NCBI RefSeq assembly: GCF_018350175.1
Contig: NC_058383.1
Location: 27,716,001-27,780,000 of the forward strand
Length of the DNA stretch: 64,000 nt
Direction of reading: 5' to 3'
From: Felis catus
Taxonomy: Eukaryota
The position numbers and the translations under genes are program-made. Shown here piece by piece: positions 49,057 through 61,710 of the stretch (its first letter is position 1; each line of letters starts with the position of its first letter). The notes under the pieces are model-generated. The model had not been told where the DNA came from. It saw only the letters and a program-made list of their open reading frames with translations, and did no database searches.

Positions 49057-49225
49057 GAAGAAGATACATGTCATTGGATTTAGGGCTTGTCCTAATCCAG
49101 GATGATCCCATTTCAAGATCCTTAACTTGACTACATCCATAAAGACCCTTTTTCCAAGTAGGGGTCTATTCACAGGTTCCAGGTGGACCTCCCTTTCAAA
49201 TGGGACCCACCAATTTAAGCCTTGG
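49057..49225 (-). mobile_element. MaLR LTR half (MLT1B/C-like)
   Basis: gtcattggatttaggg...taatccaggatgatcccatttcaagatccttaac...aagaccctttttccaa. Confidence 0.8.
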
Positions 49226-49829
49226 TATGAATGAGTCCCCAGAGAACCAGGCATGCCTTCCTTTCATCATCCAGCTCACCTCACTCCTATCCCAAAACAA
49301 TGCCAAGACCCAGAGAAAAACCTTCCATTCTATTATGCAAGCCAGATTCTCCACTCCCTTCCCCAAGTCCGCATAATGCAGAAATCCAAGACTGGCAGAG
49401 GAGTTTTTGGGAGTGATGTGGGGAAATGGAACAGAACCCCAGAAAGATAAAGGGGTCTTTGGTTTCCTCTCCAAGCCAGTCAGCTGCCTGCAGGACCAGT
49501 CCACTGTCCACTAAACCCACAGAACAGAGTCTGAGCAAAGAGCAGACATTAGCACTTCCCAAAACCTATTTCCACTGTGGTAACAAAATTTCTAATTTCA
49601 AATAAATCTAGGAAGTGCTGAGTTCAATAAATTCAGACTGGTTTCTTCACTGAAGATCTTGCCAAAGCTTTCAATATGGTAACTACGAATACAGGTAAAA
49701 ATAATTTGTAGTATTTCCCAAACTTATAGTCCAGAGAACGCCTTTACTTGCGAGGTATCTCACGGCCCTGGCATTCTTCCAGATATGTAATAGGAGATAC
49801 CGGTACAAATCACTCTATGCAAATAAGTA

Positions 49830-50540
49830 GCTATCAAGTCACTGTGGAAATGCAAACTGAAACCACAACAAGGTACCACGTCACACCCACTGGGATGACT
49901 ATTATCAAGAGAAAGACAATGACAAGCTTTGATGAAAATGTGGAGCATGGGAACCTCAGACTTTTCTGATGGGAATGTAAAAAACGGGCAGCTGCTTTGG
50001 CAAGAAAGTTTACAATTTCCTTAAAGGGTCGAATTTACCCTGTGACCCAAGAGTGTCACTCAGAAAGAAAAAAAAAAAAAAAATACAGCCTCAGTGTGAA
50101 TGTACACAGCAGCATGATTCATAATAGCCAAAACCTGGAAGCAATGCAAAAGTTCATGTAAGTGGATAAATAAAATGTGGTATAGCCACACAATGAATTA
50201 TTATCCAGCAGTAAGAAAGAATAAAATACTGATACATACTACAACATGCAAGAAAGGAAACATCACACATTACATGATCCCATTTATATAAAATGCCCTC
50301 TAAAAGGTAAATATATAGAGACAGAGCAGAAGCGTGGTGGCTAGGGGGTTGGGGATGGGATTAGGAATTAACTGTAAATGGACATGAATTTTACTCAAGT
50401 GATGACAACGTTCTAAAACTGGATTATAGTGGTGGTTGCAGAACTCAGTAAATTTACTAAAAAGTCATTAAATAGCACCCTTAGAATAGGTGAATTTTAT
50501 GGTATGTAAATTATGCCTTGATAAAATTGTTTTTAAAAAG
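49830..50540 (+). mobile_element. Old L1 3' end
   Basis: gaaatgcaaactgaaaccacaacaaggtaccac, ttcataatagccaaaacctggaagc, ggtgaattttatggtatgtaaattat. Confidence 0.85.
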
Positions 50541-51459
50541 TGCTATCAGTGATGAATGAAATAAAATTTTATTAACCTAAAAAAATGCCTATCAGGCTAT
50601 ATGCACAGCCCAATGCTGACTCAAGTGAAGGCGCTGGACAAGTTTTTAGAGTAAAGAGGTGTGCTTGGGTGAGCTGAGCATCCTAGATCCTGGATTGTGT
50701 TTGGAAAGGTGCATAGGAGTCTTTTTTATGGAAGGATGTATGTAGAGGTAGTTGCAAACCAGAAATACATGTGATGATTCTCTACTTGCAAAGTGTACCC
50801 TCAACAAAACAAAACCCAGCCCACAGAATGTAATAAAATGGTGGAATTGATTAGGATTCCAGGACCAGTGTGATGGAAGTTCTAAGGGAGAGGGACTGGG
50901 CTCTTTGATCTGCCTGGTTCCACCCTGACTTCTTTCTAATTAGCAAAGCTTTTGAGGCTGACTGATAAGCATTCTGGGCACTGCACATGTCTGGCCACTG
51001 ACTAATTAATTAATTTTTGACTTTGAGCAGTGACATTTAATTTGAAAACTTTCCACCATCCATAGATAAATGTGGGAAAGTAGGGCAAAAGATTTAAAAA
51101 TATGCTAAAGGTGCCATTTCAAATCCAGCTCGCTCCCAAGAGGGCAGAGACAGTCAGCGGGTTAAATGAAGAAATGGATGCTGGAGGGGACAGGCCTGGG
51201 AAGGGGCTGCTAGGCTGGCTCTGTACCCATTTTGCTGTGTGTGTGGGCTTAACCGTTTACCCTCCCTGTTCTCTCGGTCATTTTATTTTATTTGAAAATT
51301 AGGAGTCTCCTCTGCAGTCTTGTTTACTGAGAAGTGACTGTGTGCACTGTCCACAGAAAGAAAAGGAACGGAGAACAAAAATGACACCAAGAGGGGAATG
51401 AGAGGGTGGACAACACTTAGGAATCTACACCGAGGTCTTGAGATGAACACTGTCCGGAT

Positions 51460-51682
51460 CAAGGGTCTGCAAACTACACCCAAGAGTCAAATCCAACCTG
51501 TCATGTCTTTTTGTAAATAAAGTTTTATTGGGACAAAGCCATACCCATTTGTCCACGCACTGTCTTTGGTTGTTTTCATGCTACCATGGCAGAGGGGAGT
51601 GCATGCAACAGAAGTTATTTGAGCAGCAAAGCAGAAAAGATGTGCTCTTTGACTCTTAATAGAAAAAGTTGATCAACCCCTG
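51460..51682. mobile_element. MER58A hAT MITE
   Basis: caagggtctgcaaactac...ttttgtaaataaagttttattggga...gaaaaagttgatcaacccctg. Confidence 0.85.
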
Positions 51683-52190
51683 GTCTAAGTGGACTCAGCA
51701 TTATGCTTTGTTTTTGTTCTGGTTTTGGTTTTTGTTTTTTAGTATAATTAAAGGAACATTGGAAATTCTTCCTTTTTATCTTAAAAGACCTTTTTCTGAC
51801 AAGAAAGGAATTAATATTTTTTGAGCACCTCTATGTGGTTGGCGCTAGGTCCCATCCTCAAAGATTAGCATCACCTTAAATCTTTGAGGCGACCATGTTA
51901 ATCCCATGTTTCAGAGGAGAAATTTGAAGCCTGTAAAGTTAATAACTGCTCATAAGTTACAGAATTGGTGTTTGAAACCAGTCCAACTTGTCTCCAACAT
52001 CGTAGCATGATGCCTCCCTATTATGTCAACAGTAAAGCTAACATTCTGGCAAGAGGCTCCCTCAGACAATCCTTTTGTAAAGAGTCAAAAAGCTTTTGGA
52101 ACAGATTTTAGAGTGATGTATTTGATAGCACTTATTCAGTCACTTCTGTGTCAACTTTATCCTCCAAGCTTAGAGAGACGCCCCTCTATT

Positions 52191-52386
52191 TTTTTTTATA
52201 TATTTATTTATTTTTGAAAGAGAGCAAGCAAGGAAGGGGTAGAAAGAGAGGGAGGGAGACAGAGAATTTAATAAGGCTCCAGGCTCCAAGCTGTCAGTGC
52301 AGAGCCCAAGAGGAGCTCAAACTCACTATGAGATCATGACCTGAGCTGAAGCAAACCCTTAACTGACTGAGCCACCCAGGCGCCCC
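52191..52386 (-). mobile_element. Can-SINE inserted at the tail of the neighbouring SINE
   Basis: TSD cccctctatttt (52181-52192) / cccatctatttt (52387-52398). Confidence 0.9.
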
Positions 52387-52398
52387 CCCATCTATTTT

Positions 52399-52605
52399 CT
52401 TTAAGTTTATTAATTTATTTTGAGAGAGACAGAGACAGTGCGAGTAGGGCAGGGACACAGGGAGAGAGAGAGAGAGAGAATCCCAAGCAAGCTCCACGCT
52501 GCGAGTGCAGAGCCCAACGTGGAGCTTTAACTCACAAAACATGAGGTCATGACCTGAGCCAAAATGGAGTCCGACCCTCCATCAACTGAGCCACCCGGGC
52601 ACCCC
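52399..52605 (-). mobile_element. Can-SINE
   Basis: Outer TSD gcccctctatt at 52180-52190 and 52611-52621. Confidence 0.9.
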
Positions 52606-52977
52606 GAGTAGCCCCTCTATTAATCCCCTTCCAAGCCGAACCAAGACCAGGCCATAATTTAACAAATCTTTACCAAAGAGTTGAGAAGTCCAAAATTTTT
52701 CACATAGAGGATTTCATGGCTGCCACTATAATTACTGCCTCTCCAGTGGAAATTGCACAAATTTAGGCCCCTATTCTCCCCACCCCCAAACCCCAGATAA
52801 AAATAAGCATCACATTTCCAACCCAAGGCCTTTTCTTTGCCATTCTACTGAGCTGACCATAGAACAGACCTTCCTTCAGAAGAAATTCCCACTCTAACCA
52901 CACAGTAGACTCCACCCTCCAAGGTCCAGATAAGGCATCAAAATACTTACAGTGTAGTTCTAAAAGTCTGGGTTATT

Positions 52978-55279
52978 AGGCCACATCACTAAAAGAAAGC
53001 ATAAGAACCCTATGATCCTTTGAATAAATGCAGAAAAAGCATTTGACAAAGTACAACATCCACTCATGATAAAGACCCTCAACAAAGTATGTTTACAGGG
53101 AACGTACCTTATCATCATAAAGGCCATATACAAAAAGCCCACAGCTAATATCATCCTCAATGGGGAAAAACTGACAGCTTTCCCTGTATACTCAGAAACA
53201 CAACAGGCGTGTCCATTCTCATCACTGTTATTTTACATAGCACTGGAAGTTCTAGCCACAGCAGAAAACAAAAAGAAATAAAAGGCATCCAAATCAGCAA
53301 GGAAGAAGTAAAACTTTCACTATTTGTAGATGACATGATACTATATATAGAAAACACAGAAGACTCCACCAAAAAATTGCTAGAACTGATATACAAATTC
53401 AGTAAAGTCACAGGATACAAAATCAATGCACAGAAATCTGTTGTATGTCTATACACCAATAATGAAGCAGGAGAAATCAAGAAAAATCAAGGAATCAATC
53501 CCATTAACAATTGTACCAATTACCATAAGGTTACCTAGGAATAAACATAAGGTACCTAGGAATAATAAAGAGGTAACAGATCTCTATTTTGAAAACTATA
53601 AAACACCTAGGAAAGAAAATAAAGATGACACAAAGAAATGGAAAAACACCCCATGTTCGTGGACTGGAAGAACAAATATTATTAAAATGTCTGTACTAAC
53701 CAAAGTCATCTGCAGATTTAATGCAATCCCTGCCAAAAATACCAACAGCATTTTCCACAGAGGTAGAACAAACTATCCTACAACTGATATGGAAACAAAG
53801 AAGACCCCCAATAGCCAAAGCAATCTTGAAAAAGAAAAGCAAAGCTGGAGGCATCACAATTCCAGACTTCAAGTTATATTACAAAGTGGTAGTGATCAAG
53901 ACAGTATGGTATGGCACAGAAACAGACACACCGATCAATGGAACAGAAGAGAAAACCCAGAAATGGACCCACAACTATATGGTCAACTGATCTTCAACAA
54001 AGCAGAAAAGAATAGCCAATGGAAAAAAGACAGTCTCTTCAACAAAGGGTGCTGGGAGAACTGGACAGCAACATGCAAAAGAAGGAAAGTGGACCACTTT
54101 CTTACCCCATACACAAAAATAAATTCAAAATGGTTTCAAGACCTAAATGTGAGACAGGAAACCATCAAAGTCCTAGAGGAAAATACAGGCAGCAACCTTT
54201 TTGACCTTGGCCAGAGCAAATTCTTACTAGACATGCCTCGTGAGGAAAGGGAAACAACAGAAATAAACTACTGGGATTTCATCAAGATAAAAAGCTTCTA
54301 CAGAGCGAAGGAAAGAATCATCAAAACTAAAAGGCATCTGACAGAAAAGTAAAAGATATTTTCAAATGACATATCTGATAAAAGGTAAGTATCCAAAATC
54401 TATAAAGAACTTATCAAACGCAACACCTAAAAAACCCAGTTAAAAAAATGGGCAGAAGACATGCACACACATTTTTCCAAAGAAGAATACAGATATCTTG
54501 CCAACAGACATATGAAAAGATGCTCAACATCATTCACCAACAAGGAAATACAAATCAAAACTACAATGAGATATCACCTCACACCAGTCAGTATGGCTAA
54601 AATTAACAACACAGGAAACAACAGATGTTGGCGAGGATATGGAGAAAAGGAACTCTCATGCACTGCTGGTGGGAATGCAAACTGGTGCAGCCTCTCTGGA
54701 AGACAGTATGGAGGTTCCTCAAAACCTTAAAAATAGAACTATCCCACACATGCATCCCAATGCTCATGACACCATTATCAACAAAAGCCAAGTTGTGGAA
54801 ACAGCCTAAATGTCCATAGACTGAAAAATGAATGAAGAAGATATGGTTATGTGTGTGTGTACATATTTAAAATCAAATATAGTCAAATATTACTCAGCCA
54901 CAAAAAAGAATGAAATCTTGCCATTTACAACGATATGGATGGAGCTAGAGAGTATTATGCTAAGCAAAATAACTCTGAGAAAGACAACTACCATATGATT
55001 TCACTCATATGTGGAATTTAAGAAACAAAACAATCATAGAGGAAAAAAGAGAAAGGAAAACCAAGAAACAGACTCTAACATAGAGAACAAACTCACGGTT
55101 ACCAGAGAGGAAGTGGGTGGGGGGATTAAGTGCATCACAGCGCACTTGTGATGAGCACCAGGAGTTGTATGGATGTGGTGAATCACTAAAATGTACACCT
55201 GAAACTAATATTACACTGTAGGTTAACTAAGTGGAATCCAAATAAAGACTAAAAAAAGTAAAAATAGAAAAAAGATAAA
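52978..55279 (+). mobile_element. 5'-truncated carnivore L1 (RT domain to polyA), frameshifted
   Basis: ORF2 peptides [46 protein letters not shown] in different frames; TSD taaaagtctgggttatt (52961-52977) / taaaagtctgggctatt (55280-55296). Confidence 0.96.
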
Positions 55280-57671
55280 TAAAAGTCTGGGCTATTCACT
55301 ATGCCCAGAAGGGCCATGCCTGGGGTAGTCTAGTTCATATTCAAGGTACTTCCTCCAGCCTCAGATAAAGAGAGCAGGCCTGACCACATTGCCCTCCGAA
55401 CACAATTCTGCACCCCTAACACCCATAAACAAACTTCTAGGAAAGAACGCACATACACATTTCCCATGAAGAAATAAGTTTCAAGTATCATTCAGCCTAA
55501 ATCCATTTTTAGAGAGGAACAAGTTCCCTCTAACTTGCAAAGGTGCAGCCCTGCTAAACAGAACATCACATTTCATCACTAAATGGAACTCTGAGCAATT
55601 CGGGCCATAGCTTCTGCATTTAACTTCTTCTTGACCAAGGTCATCTTTGTGCAAATTAGAAAATGGCCACTTCCTCCCAGCATGTACACCACTGAACAAG
55701 TGCACAGAGCATGTGTGAGTTAGAGCAAAGGACTCCCTCCTCTGGGTGCACACTTGTCACCCTAGGACACAAGGCTAGGCAAACAAATCGTGGGCTGGGC
55801 TTCAATGTTACCACTGTGCAGTGAGCAACATGCACAACCATCCATGACTCCACATGGTTTTCTCCAGGAATACTGGTCATTTCCTTTATATCTATTTAAC
55901 TAATAGGCACATTCCAGTAATGTTTTCATAAACAGAGGTCATCTGCAAACATTAAACTGATATCCACCCTTAGAGAAAATTAAAATGCTGAGATCTTCAA
56001 TAAAACAATTCAGAAGATCTGAGTTGAATTTACAAATCAGTCAATTGCCAGTTGTGCGATCTCAGACAAGTCACTTGTCCTTCCTCAGGGTTTCATCTAT
56101 AAACTGGAGGCGCATCAATACCAGCACTACCAAGATCTCAAAGATGTTGTAAATCTCTAATTCTGAAATGCAGAGTGACTTAGTAAACATAAAAGACCAC
56201 TGTATATTAAGCAGTAACCACCTAAAAATACAGAAACAACAAATGATATCATTCATGCTTCCATCCAATGCCAGTCTTCCTGGTCCTGCTGTCTCTGGCC
56301 GCAGTATTCTTCCAGCAAAAAATATGAGACGGGCCCCTGGTTGTCCTTGGTTTTCCAAAAAGGTCACCCAACCAATAAAGGGTTTCCAATGTGGAAGGTA
56401 ATTAGCTCACAAAGCCTTTCCATCCCACCTGATCAATTAGACTAAGCACTAAACACTCCCATCCCTAAAGCGCATAAAATGGAATCGTATGTATGTTTTA
56501 CTGTTACAGAATGATAATGTGCTGCTCTCAGAATCGGTCACACAAGCTGGGGAATAACCAATATTTTTTTAGGCCCGCACCCTGCCTAGTGATAAGATAT
56601 TTGACTAAAATTTTTAGTTTCTGGAGAAAGGAACAAAAGATTTAAAAATTATGATACATAGGCTTTTGTGTGGCTCATCAGGACTTCCTTCAGGGCTTCT
56701 GCGGAATCCAGCATCAATGGCAACCGGGCCGCCTTGGACACGCCCTTCCACGGCTGTGATCTGCCATGCAGCCTCAGTGACTAGGCTGGATCCAAGCACC
56801 AAACGCAAGGCCCATTTTTCTTTGTCAAAGTCTCCCTGTGGTAGGAGGGGATGTCAGACATCTGGCAGGGGATTTTTCTCAGCAATGCACCCAAGCATAG
56901 ATGTGCACCCTTTCGTCCTCTCTTAGAAGACAAGTTATTTAAAAGATGTATTTTTGAGAGCGGCCTTCTCTGCATGTAATGTCAACCACAACAAATAAAG
57001 AGGGAGGGAAGAAAAGGCCATAGGAGGGCCATCCAAAGCGAGGGAGGTGCCTCCCTGAGCAGTTTAGGGAATGATCGATGCATGTGCCAAAGGCTGTGAT
57101 AAGACATGCTGAGCTTATCAAAAACCAAAGCTCTGATGACAGAGTTCACACGTGGCAGGAAGATAAGAGACACTGGGTTCTTCTCTCCCTCTTTTCTCTC
57201 CCCAAAGACCCTGTTTCAATTTCCCACTCTGCATGTTACGTTTTCAGCCCCAATGGAGACTGTGGAGCCTCGCTCAACTCCTTTTCTAATCTCACCGTAA
57301 AGGTTTCCAGGAGGCTGTGATTAGCAGACGTCGACCTCAATGCTATTTGGGGAAATATTGTGTGAGTGGTGTCAGAGATCCAAAACGCAGCTGAAGGTTT
57401 TAGAAACACTCAGGTGTGTGGGAAGGGAATTAAGCTGGGTGTCGAACGCGCACAGACATCTCGGCTCTGCCACAAACATGCTTTGTGACTTTGCATGTCA
57501 TGTCATCTCCCTGGAAGGGAGTTTCCTCTCCTGTAAAATGAGAGGCTGTGGTATCGAGAATGTTTCTACCTGGAACAACCCCCTCTTCATCACTGCTGTC
57601 TCGCAACAAGGCTGAGAGGTCGGAACGTTGCAAACCTGAGCCCACCTTCTTCATGGCTCTGCTAATGGTAC

Positions 57672-58023
57672 TGTGTTAGTCAGCGTGCTGGGGGGCTTCA
57701 AAAACAGAGATGTTTTTCTCACTGTCTGAAGGCTGGGGGTCCAAGACCAAGGTACCAAGAGATGTAATTCTGGATAAAGGCCCTCTTATGGGCTTGCAGA
57801 AAACATCCACCTTACAGCTACGTCCTCACATGTTAGAGAGAGAAGAAGCGCTCGTGTCTCTTTTTCTTCTTAGAAAGGCGCTACTCCCATCGTGGAGACT
57901 CCACCCTCATGACATCAGCTACTCCTAATCACCTCCCAAAGGCTCCACCTCCTAGTACCATCTCACTAGGGTGAGGGCTTCAACATGTGACTTAAGGAGG
58001 ACACAAACATTCAGTCCATAACA
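57672..58023 (-). mobile_element. MaLR LTR (MLT1A-like)
   Basis: tgtgttagtc...ctaatcacctcccaaaggctccacctcctagtaccatc...gacacaaacattcagtccataaca; TSD ggtac/agtac. Confidence 0.88.
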
Positions 58024-58518
58024 AGTACCAGCATTGTTGCAAGAGGACCAGAATCTTGATATGAAATCAGAAGGTCATTGGTGTATCTCTACAGCCCTCC
58101 TGCCTCCAGTTTGGCAGATGCTCTCATGCTGTCCACCCTCTTCACCATCAGTAAGGCTGTGTGGCCCCTTTGGTCATCCCCAAACCATAAAGGTATCTCT
58201 GGACCCTTATCCTAACTTCAGTCTCTTTTATTTTTCCTTGAACCATTACCAAAACTACTTTCTGTCCCCTTTAGCCAAGCCCAAGATGAAACTAAGCCTT
58301 TTCAAGAAACTGATCTCTCTCAGTTTCCCCACTTAAGGCTCCTTCTTGGAATTCTGCCCTTGGAAGTGGCTGCCTGGCATTGAGAAGGATCCTGAGGCCA
58401 AGTTCAGGCCAAAATGGAAAGAGATCTGTGACTGACTAGTGATTGCTGCAGGCATTCCAGGTAGGAGACCACAAGACATACATCACATGTCTGTCATTCC
58501 TGGCACCCAGAGCCTAAA

Positions 58519-58712
58519 GCAGTGGTCCTCCAACACTGGTGTGCATCAGAATGATCTGGAGAACTCACCGAAAGTATCGTTTCCCAGACTCCACACACAC
58601 GGATTCCTGATGTAGTAAATCTGGCGGGGGGCGCGGTGGGGGGGAGCCTGTGCATCTCACTGTAATAATGCCCCAAGGTGACTCTGGTACACGCCAAAGA
58701 TTTGGGAAGAAG
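58519..58712. mobile_element. MER5-type hAT MITE
   Basis: gcagtggtcctccaacactggtgtgcatcagaatgatctggag...ccccaaggtgactctg. Confidence 0.7.
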
Positions 58713-59204
58713 CTTGTACCCTTCCCATCTTAGGAGCTTGGGATTCTTAGTGGTCCAGAAACCCTTTAAAATAGATAAGGCAGAGATGTGTGGCTTGTCT
58801 GCATGCCTCTGGCCTTGTAACTTCAACGAGAGCAGGGCTGGCCTCCAATTGCTAGCATGTGTACCTCTCTGCAGGAGGGCTTTCTGAGGCCACAGGATCT
58901 TGCTCTGCTCCCACATAAGGCACAAGAGAAGTACCAGTGAACCTGTGTGCTCCAGAAGCAGCAACCAAACAGTGCAGCTACACAAACACACCTATGAGAT
59001 GCTCCCAGAGTTTCCTAGTGGCGGTAAATGCCAGCAGTGCCCTGCTTGGTGACACAATCTTTACTGGCCACCTTCCCTTCCCTGTTTCACATTCTAACTC
59101 TCCTCCCCCCAAAGCATGTCCAGGGATTATCACCCAAATATGTGATCTGCCCTGCAATTCTTGCCCTAGCATCTGCTTCTGAGGAAACCCACACGATGAC
59201 AAAA

Positions 59205-60392
59205 TTTGAAACAGAACTACATATGTGTATGATCCAGCGGTCCCTCTTTTGGGCACATATCCAGAAAAGAAAAAAAACCAAAATGAAATCAGTATCTCCG
59301 AAAAGATATCTGCATTCCTGTGTTCACTGTAGCACCACTCACAATAATCAAATATGGAAGCAACCTAAGGGCCCATCAATGGATAAATGGATAAAGAAAA
59401 AGTAGTAAATAATATACAGTAGACTATTATTCAACCTTAAAAAAAAAAAGGAAGGAAAATCTGCCACTTGTAACAACATGGATGAACCTGGAGAATATTA
59501 TGCTAAAAGAAATAAAGCAGACAAAGACAAATACTGCATATCTCACTTCTGTGTGCAATCTTAAAAGGTAAAACCCCTAACAAAAATAATAAAATTTAAA
59601 AACTTTATTAAAAAGTCAAACCCCTATAAGCAGAGTAAAATGACAGGTAACAGGGCCTGCAGGACAGGAGTGTTGGTTCATAAACTGGTGCCTTTACCCA
59701 GAGGACAAGGAGAGACTCCAGAAAGAGACGGCCACTCCGGACGAGTAGGTGACAGGGTTCAATAAGCAAGGGAACTTACGGACAAGGCTTGCCTGGGGCA
59801 GCTGCAAGGCAGTATATCTCTGCACCTGCCCACCAGAATCTTACAAGTTTCGAGCACAGAAGTCCTAAGTATAGTCTCAAGTACAGAAGCCTTAATGGGG
59901 TCGCATATATTGTCCAGATAGTCTCAACACCTTATTATCTCAAGGCTGTGTCCTTGAAATGGCTCCAGTTATGGGAACAGTGGTCTGAGCTCACATCCTA
60001 AGGACAGGGGAGGGGTTAGGGAGCCTCTAACTGCTCAGGTCCAGCCTGAGGGTCAGCAGGGGGGGCCATACCCCCTCAATGACCTCCTCTGTAGAGAGGA
60101 CAAAGAGAGGTCAAGAGGTGTTGGTCAAAGCATACGAAGTTCAGTTGTGTAGAATAAGTTCCAGAGATCTAATGTACGGCAGAGTGACTACTGTTAATGA
60201 TAACGGTATTCTGGGCTAGAAATTTGCTGAGAGCGTAGACTTCGGGTGTTCTCATGACACATAAAAAGCTGCTAACTACGTGAGTAGATGGAGGTGTTAA
60301 TTTAGCTTGATGGTAGTGATCATTTCAGTATGTATACGTATATCCAAACATCATGCTTTCCATCTTAAATATATATAATTTTCATTAAATTA
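59205..60392 (+). mobile_element. L1MA-like 3' end interrupted by an LTR
   Basis: atgaaatcagtatctcc, ggaagcaacctaagggcccatcaatggataaatgg, gaataagttccagagatctaatgtac, catcttaaatatatataatt. Confidence 0.85.
59671..60093 (-). mobile_element. ERV solo LTR nested in the L1 3'UTR
   Basis: Starts tgttggttc; the ~420-bp GC-richer block splits the L1 3'UTR, which resumes at ~60100; orientation inferred. Confidence 0.6.
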
Positions 60393-61250
60393 ATACATCA
60401 ACAGAGTTCGTCTTCAGGCATAAACTCTGGGAAAGAAATGTGGCTATGTCAAAGTTCAAAGCATAGGAGAATTTCTTCCTTATCTTCCCTTCCCTCAAAA
60501 CATGAAGCTCCAATTCCTTCTCCCATCCCGACCACACTGCACTCACAATGATTTGGTGTCTGTGTGGGGCAGTTTTAACTTTTCAAAGCACTTACATATT
60601 CAAACATCCTTTTGGTACTTAGAAGAGATCTTCCAGGTAGGATAAGTAAGAACATCATTCTTTTGGGATAAATGAGATCAGCCCTCTGAACACACACCCA
60701 GAGAAGTGAGTCAGAGGGTACAAGGTCACACATCATATTGGCCTCCAGAGTCACAGCGCCCCCCCCCGCCCCCGGGGCAGCATTATGCATGGTGGATTAT
60801 ACAATCCCAGGAGCAGGGTCGAGGCAGAGGTGTTTCCTGAGAGCAGCATAGGACACTGTGCCCCACCAGAACAGAGGCTCCCCATGAGAACACTTAGTGA
60901 TGACAGTCATTGTCTGTTTTCACTCTGGGGCAAGGGAATGACTCTAAGAGAAGTTCAGATACTATCCTTGATGGGAGAGACACACTAACAGAGCCAGAGT
61001 TTGCTAAACGACAGCCAGCCTGTGGTATTCAATTCTTTATCTTCCATTCAGGGAGGCTGGACACTTGCAGGGGCAGACAGAAGTGAAAGAGCTTCTCTGA
61101 TACGGTAATTCAAAGGTCAAGCCTTTGAATTCACAGATATAAATGTCAGATACAGATTAGCACACCAGAAGAGAAATCAGATTTAAAAAAAAAAAAAAAA
61201 AGGAAAGAAAGGAAAAGAAAAGAAAGAAAAAAAAAATACCTTTCTCCAAA

Positions 61251-61710
61251 TCACTGGTTTTCAAACTGGAATGTGCATCAGGATCCTCTGGAGGGCTTGT
61301 TAGAATCCAGATTGCTGGCCCCGCCCCAGAGTTCCTGATTCACTAGGTCTGGATGGGGCCCGAGAAATTGCATTTCCAACAAGTTCCTGGGTGAGGCCAA
61401 CAATACAGCTCTGCCTCTGAGGACCCTGGCTTCAGGGCTTCCCAAACTTCCTGTGCGTAAGAATAACCTGGAGCCACAACTGAGATGCAGATTTGGCCTC
61501 AGGAGGTCCCAGCTGTCTCTCTAACAAGCTCCTAGTGATGCTGACACTGCCAGCCTGTGGACCACAGCGAGTAGCAAGGCTCCCAACTGGCGTCTCTCAC
61601 AGGGATGTGCCACATTCCTCCTGACATCAGAGTCACCAGTGAGGGTATTAAAAATGCAGATGGGAACTCCGTGGTGACAAAGAGGGGAAGTGAGAATACG
61701 TGGACCCACA
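61251..61710. mobile_element. Adjacent MER5A/MER5B-type MITEs
   Basis: cactggttttcaaactggaatgtgcatcaggatc...cagattgctggccccgccccagagttcctgattc...ttgcatttccaacaagttcc. Confidence 0.7.

Noticed and set aside
53426..54352. Longest ORF (308 aa) as a host gene or active retrotransposon protein
   Set aside because: It is a frameshifted mosaic of L1 ORF2 inside a 5'-truncated L1 with stops and deletions
61186..61237. A/G-rich tract as a retrocopy tail
   Set aside because: No upstream element body or TSD found; treated as low-complexity sequence
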